This document shows positions 42,034-44,019 of a DNA stretch of 44,019 bases, in pieces; positions within the stretch are counted from its first letter, which is position 1; each line of letters opens with the position of its first letter. The DNA lies in NCBI GenBank assembly GCA_023248095.1, contig JAHFFF010000001.1, forward strand, positions 1-44,019, written 5' to 3'. The position numbers and the translations under genes were made by a program. Source of the DNA: Candidatus Omnitrophota bacterium (GTDB taxonomy: Bacteria > Omnitrophota > Gorgyraeia > 1-14-0-20-64-10). The notes beneath the pieces are model-generated. The model was not told the origin of the DNA. It did not search any database and worked only from the letters and a program-made list of their open reading frames with translations.

Positions 42034-44019
42034 GAGGCCATCTCGGGGTGAGGGGTTTGAATCGATTGGACCCATTCCTTGCCCCAAGCCTGCGCATACT
42101 GGTCGCCAGCGTACTCGATTGCCTCTTCCCGGGTCATCCCCCGCCGGAACGCCTCCTGCAGCCAGGCGATGTATTGCCCCATCCTCCGGGCGGATTGTCC
42201 ATCGCGGAAGGAGACCAGGTTCCCAAGGATGGGCTCCCAATTCCCCACGGTGGAATCCTGCGGATTCGCGCGGAGCCGGTCAACAGCGCTCCAGATCTGT
42301 TCCCAGCCGTTGCATACCACGCTTCCCTCGGGAAGCGTTGAAAACGGTCCCGTACTCCAACCGCGGTTAAGAAGCAACGTCCGCGTGCCACTCAGGTAGC
42401 TTTCCAAACCGGCGGTCCCGCCGTTGAGGATATTCACAGCGACATCCGCCGCCGCTGCCGCTGCACAAGGGAGGTAGCGCAGATCCGGTGGTTTTCCGCC
42501 CAGCAGGATACATCGCCCCTCTTGAATCAGATCCTCCAGCCGCTTCCAGACCGGCCCCAAGCGGGTCGATAGAGTTTCCACCCGCTTCGGCTTGAGAAGG
42601 AGCCCCAGCGTCTTGTCCTCTTCCAGCCGCTGGCAGAGGAAATTGTAATCGGCCCGAGTGGCGTGCGTTCCCCCGAGGGTTTTTGGATTCACTCCTTCGT
42701 TCTCATCGAGGAAACAGAGAGCGAAGGTAACCCCCCTCTTGCGTAGGCCCTCCCGTAAGCCCTGCGCAAACCGATGGGCCGCCGGGAAGACATCGTCGAA
42801 CAGATAGCCCGCAACGACAAATTGGCGGATTCGGGATCCCGATTGCTGTTCGGAAAGGACGTGGGAACGGGAGAAACCAAAATGGACGTCCAATACCGTC
42901 CTGCGGCTGATGCGGGCATCCCATTCGATGGAACGCTGGATGCTGACGGAGAGTCCCCCGGAATCCTCGAGGGCAGCGTGTAAGGCCTCGCTCTCCGGGA
43001 AGTGGTCCGAGGTCGAGACATGGATCTTTGTACCGGTGGCTGCAAAGAAACGACTCCATCGTATATATTCCCGGTAGAAATCGGCACCGTAGGACCGAAG
43101 AGGAGACTTCACCACTCTGAGATCGGAACGGCGAGAGCCAATCTGTGCAGCCTCCACATAGGGATGGCCGCCACCTGCCATGGCTCGGAGGACCTGTCCC
43201 CCATCCATCCAGCCCACTTCCGCGGATCGGAGGATCTCTGCCCGCTCCGCGTTGGGCTGGTCCGATGCATGCCGGAAATAGGCGAATACGGAGTGTGGAG
43301 GAAGGGGGCCATGTCCAAGCCAGAAAAGATCGGTGTTGTAGACCGTGCACCGCCGGATGCCGTGGCGATACATTTCAACCGCGATCCGTGGGAGAGCGGC
43401 ATGGGAGGAGGTAGGGCCGCGTTCCCGGTAATGGGTGTAGAGGAAGCGGGCACACAGATATCGCAGGGCAGCCATCCGAGGAGCGATCCAGCGAAGGGGG
43501 GAGGGTCCTTGAGAAAGAAGCCGCACCCCGAAGGAGTCTGCATAGCCCTGCAGGAACCCGTTGAGCCAACTGCGTTCGCGAACGAGGAGGATCTCATAGG
43601 GCCTCATCTCTTTGGAGAGGGTGCGTGCCTGCCATTGCGCGATCAAGACGCTTCGAACCCCGGCAAACAGCTCCCACAAAAATCGTTTGGAAAGGTATGC
43701 CCGCAGGTAGTCACGATGACTGGGTCGCCGGGCTATGGCGTTGATGGTCGCTTCATAATCCGCTTGTTCCTCGATCTTCTGCAGGAGGGCCGGGCAGGCA
43801 TGAAAGTACACCTCTTGAAGAGGGGACCGTTCGTTCGGGACCACGACGTCATCGAAGAAATCAAAGCTCATTTCCTCCGCGCGTGGAAGCAACCCCAGCT
43901 GATGAAAAAGAGCCGCTATCCACTTGCCTGCCCAGCTAGCGCGGTAGAGGACAAGGATCCGGCCTGGGCGGCACCCGAGCAATCGCAGCAAGGCGGGACC
44001 TGTGAGGTTTTCGAGAAAA
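42030..44019 (-). CDS. Large uncharacterised protein (>=653 aa) with GT-B-like C-terminal region; 5' end possibly beyond the right edge
   Basis: The frame is open to the window edge, and the track start at 43991 is a TTG. The C-terminal ...CILLGGKPPDL...VAVNILNGGTAGLESYLSGTRTLLL... resembles the GT-B donor-binding half. No other motif recognised. Confidence 0.35.
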   Translation of the reverse strand, partial: FLENLTGPALLRLLGCRPGRILVLYRASWAGKWIAALFHQLGLLPRAEEMSFDFFDDVVVPNERSPLQEVYFHACPALLQKIEEQADYEATINAIARRPSHRDYLRAYLSKRFLWELFAGVRSVLIAQWQARTLSKEMRPYEILLVRERSWLNGFLQGYADSFGVRLLSQGPSPLRWIAPRMAALRYLCARFLYTHYRERGPTSSHAALPRIAVEMYRHGIRRCTVYNTDLFWLGHGPLPPHSVFAYFRHASDQPNAERAEILRSAEVGWMDGGQVLRAMAGGGHPYVEAAQIGSRRSDLRVVKSPLRSYGADFYREYIRWSRFFAATGTKIHVSTSDHFPESEALHAALEDSGGLSVSIQRSIEWDARISRRTVLDVHFGFSRSHVLSEQQSGSRIRQFVVAGYLFDDVFPAAHRFAQGLREGLRKRGVTFALCFLDENEGVNPKTLGGTHATRADYNFLCQRLEEDKTLGLLLKPKRVETLSTRLGPVWKRLEDLIQEGRCILLGGKPPDLRYLPCAAAAAADVAVNILNGGTAGLESYLSGTRTLLLNRGWSTGPFSTLPEGSVVCNGWEQIWSAVDRLRANPQDSTVGNWEPILGNLVSFRDGQSARRMGQYIAWLQEAFRRGMTREEAIEYAGDQYAQAWGKEWVQSIQTPHPEMAS

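Noticed and set aside
1-44019. Search by eye for tRNA/rRNA genes, CRISPR repeats, transposases, integrases, inverted-repeat termini and defence-system genes
   Set aside because: None found. Coding density leaves no room for RNA genes or arrays, and no ORF shows DDE, tyrosine/serine recombinase, Cas or nuclease/helicase defence-type motifs.

Overview
This GC-rich 44 kb window is almost entirely coding on the minus strand. I call 42 co-directional CDS, with the first and last cut by the window edges. I found no credible plus-strand gene and no tRNA, rRNA, CRISPR array, transposase or integrase. At least 15 gene junctions are 4-nt ATGA stop/start overlaps, so the window reads as one very long, translationally coupled surface-glycan/EPS operon. 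Its content is: 7 GT-A/GT-B glycosyltransferase domains; 3 polytopic GT-C-like membrane proteins plus a Dpm1-like polyprenyl-phosphate-sugar synthase; an MsbA-like ABC exporter; 6 methyltransferase-fold genes (5 with clear SAM motifs); several SDR, epimerase and cupin sugar-tailoring enzymes; and an AsnB-like amidotransferase/FemAB pair. The main signal is a phosphonate (C-P) module at about 19.4-26.9 kb. It contains a PEP mutase with the EDKxxxxxNS hallmark fused to a divergent LicC-like nucleotidyltransferase domain, then an Fe-alcohol dehydrogenase. It also holds a single-module HTH+cupin protein that lines up residue for residue with the fosfomycin epoxidase HppE but carries a His/Gln/His (MPnS-type) metal triad. 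The remaining members are a second nucleotidyltransferase fused to an XRE-type HTH, a TagF-like CDP-alcohol phosphotransferase and an LtaS/sulfatase-fold membrane transferase. No thiamine-dependent phosphonopyruvate decarboxylase is present anywhere in the window, so the step that pulls the PepM equilibrium forward is unexplained. A second possibly novel sub-pathway has Kdo-like logic (SIS isomerase, aldolases, HAD phosphatase, KdsB-like cytidylyltransferase) built from non-orthologous enzyme families. All functional calls come from motif reading by eye and recalled family knowledge; no searches were run.
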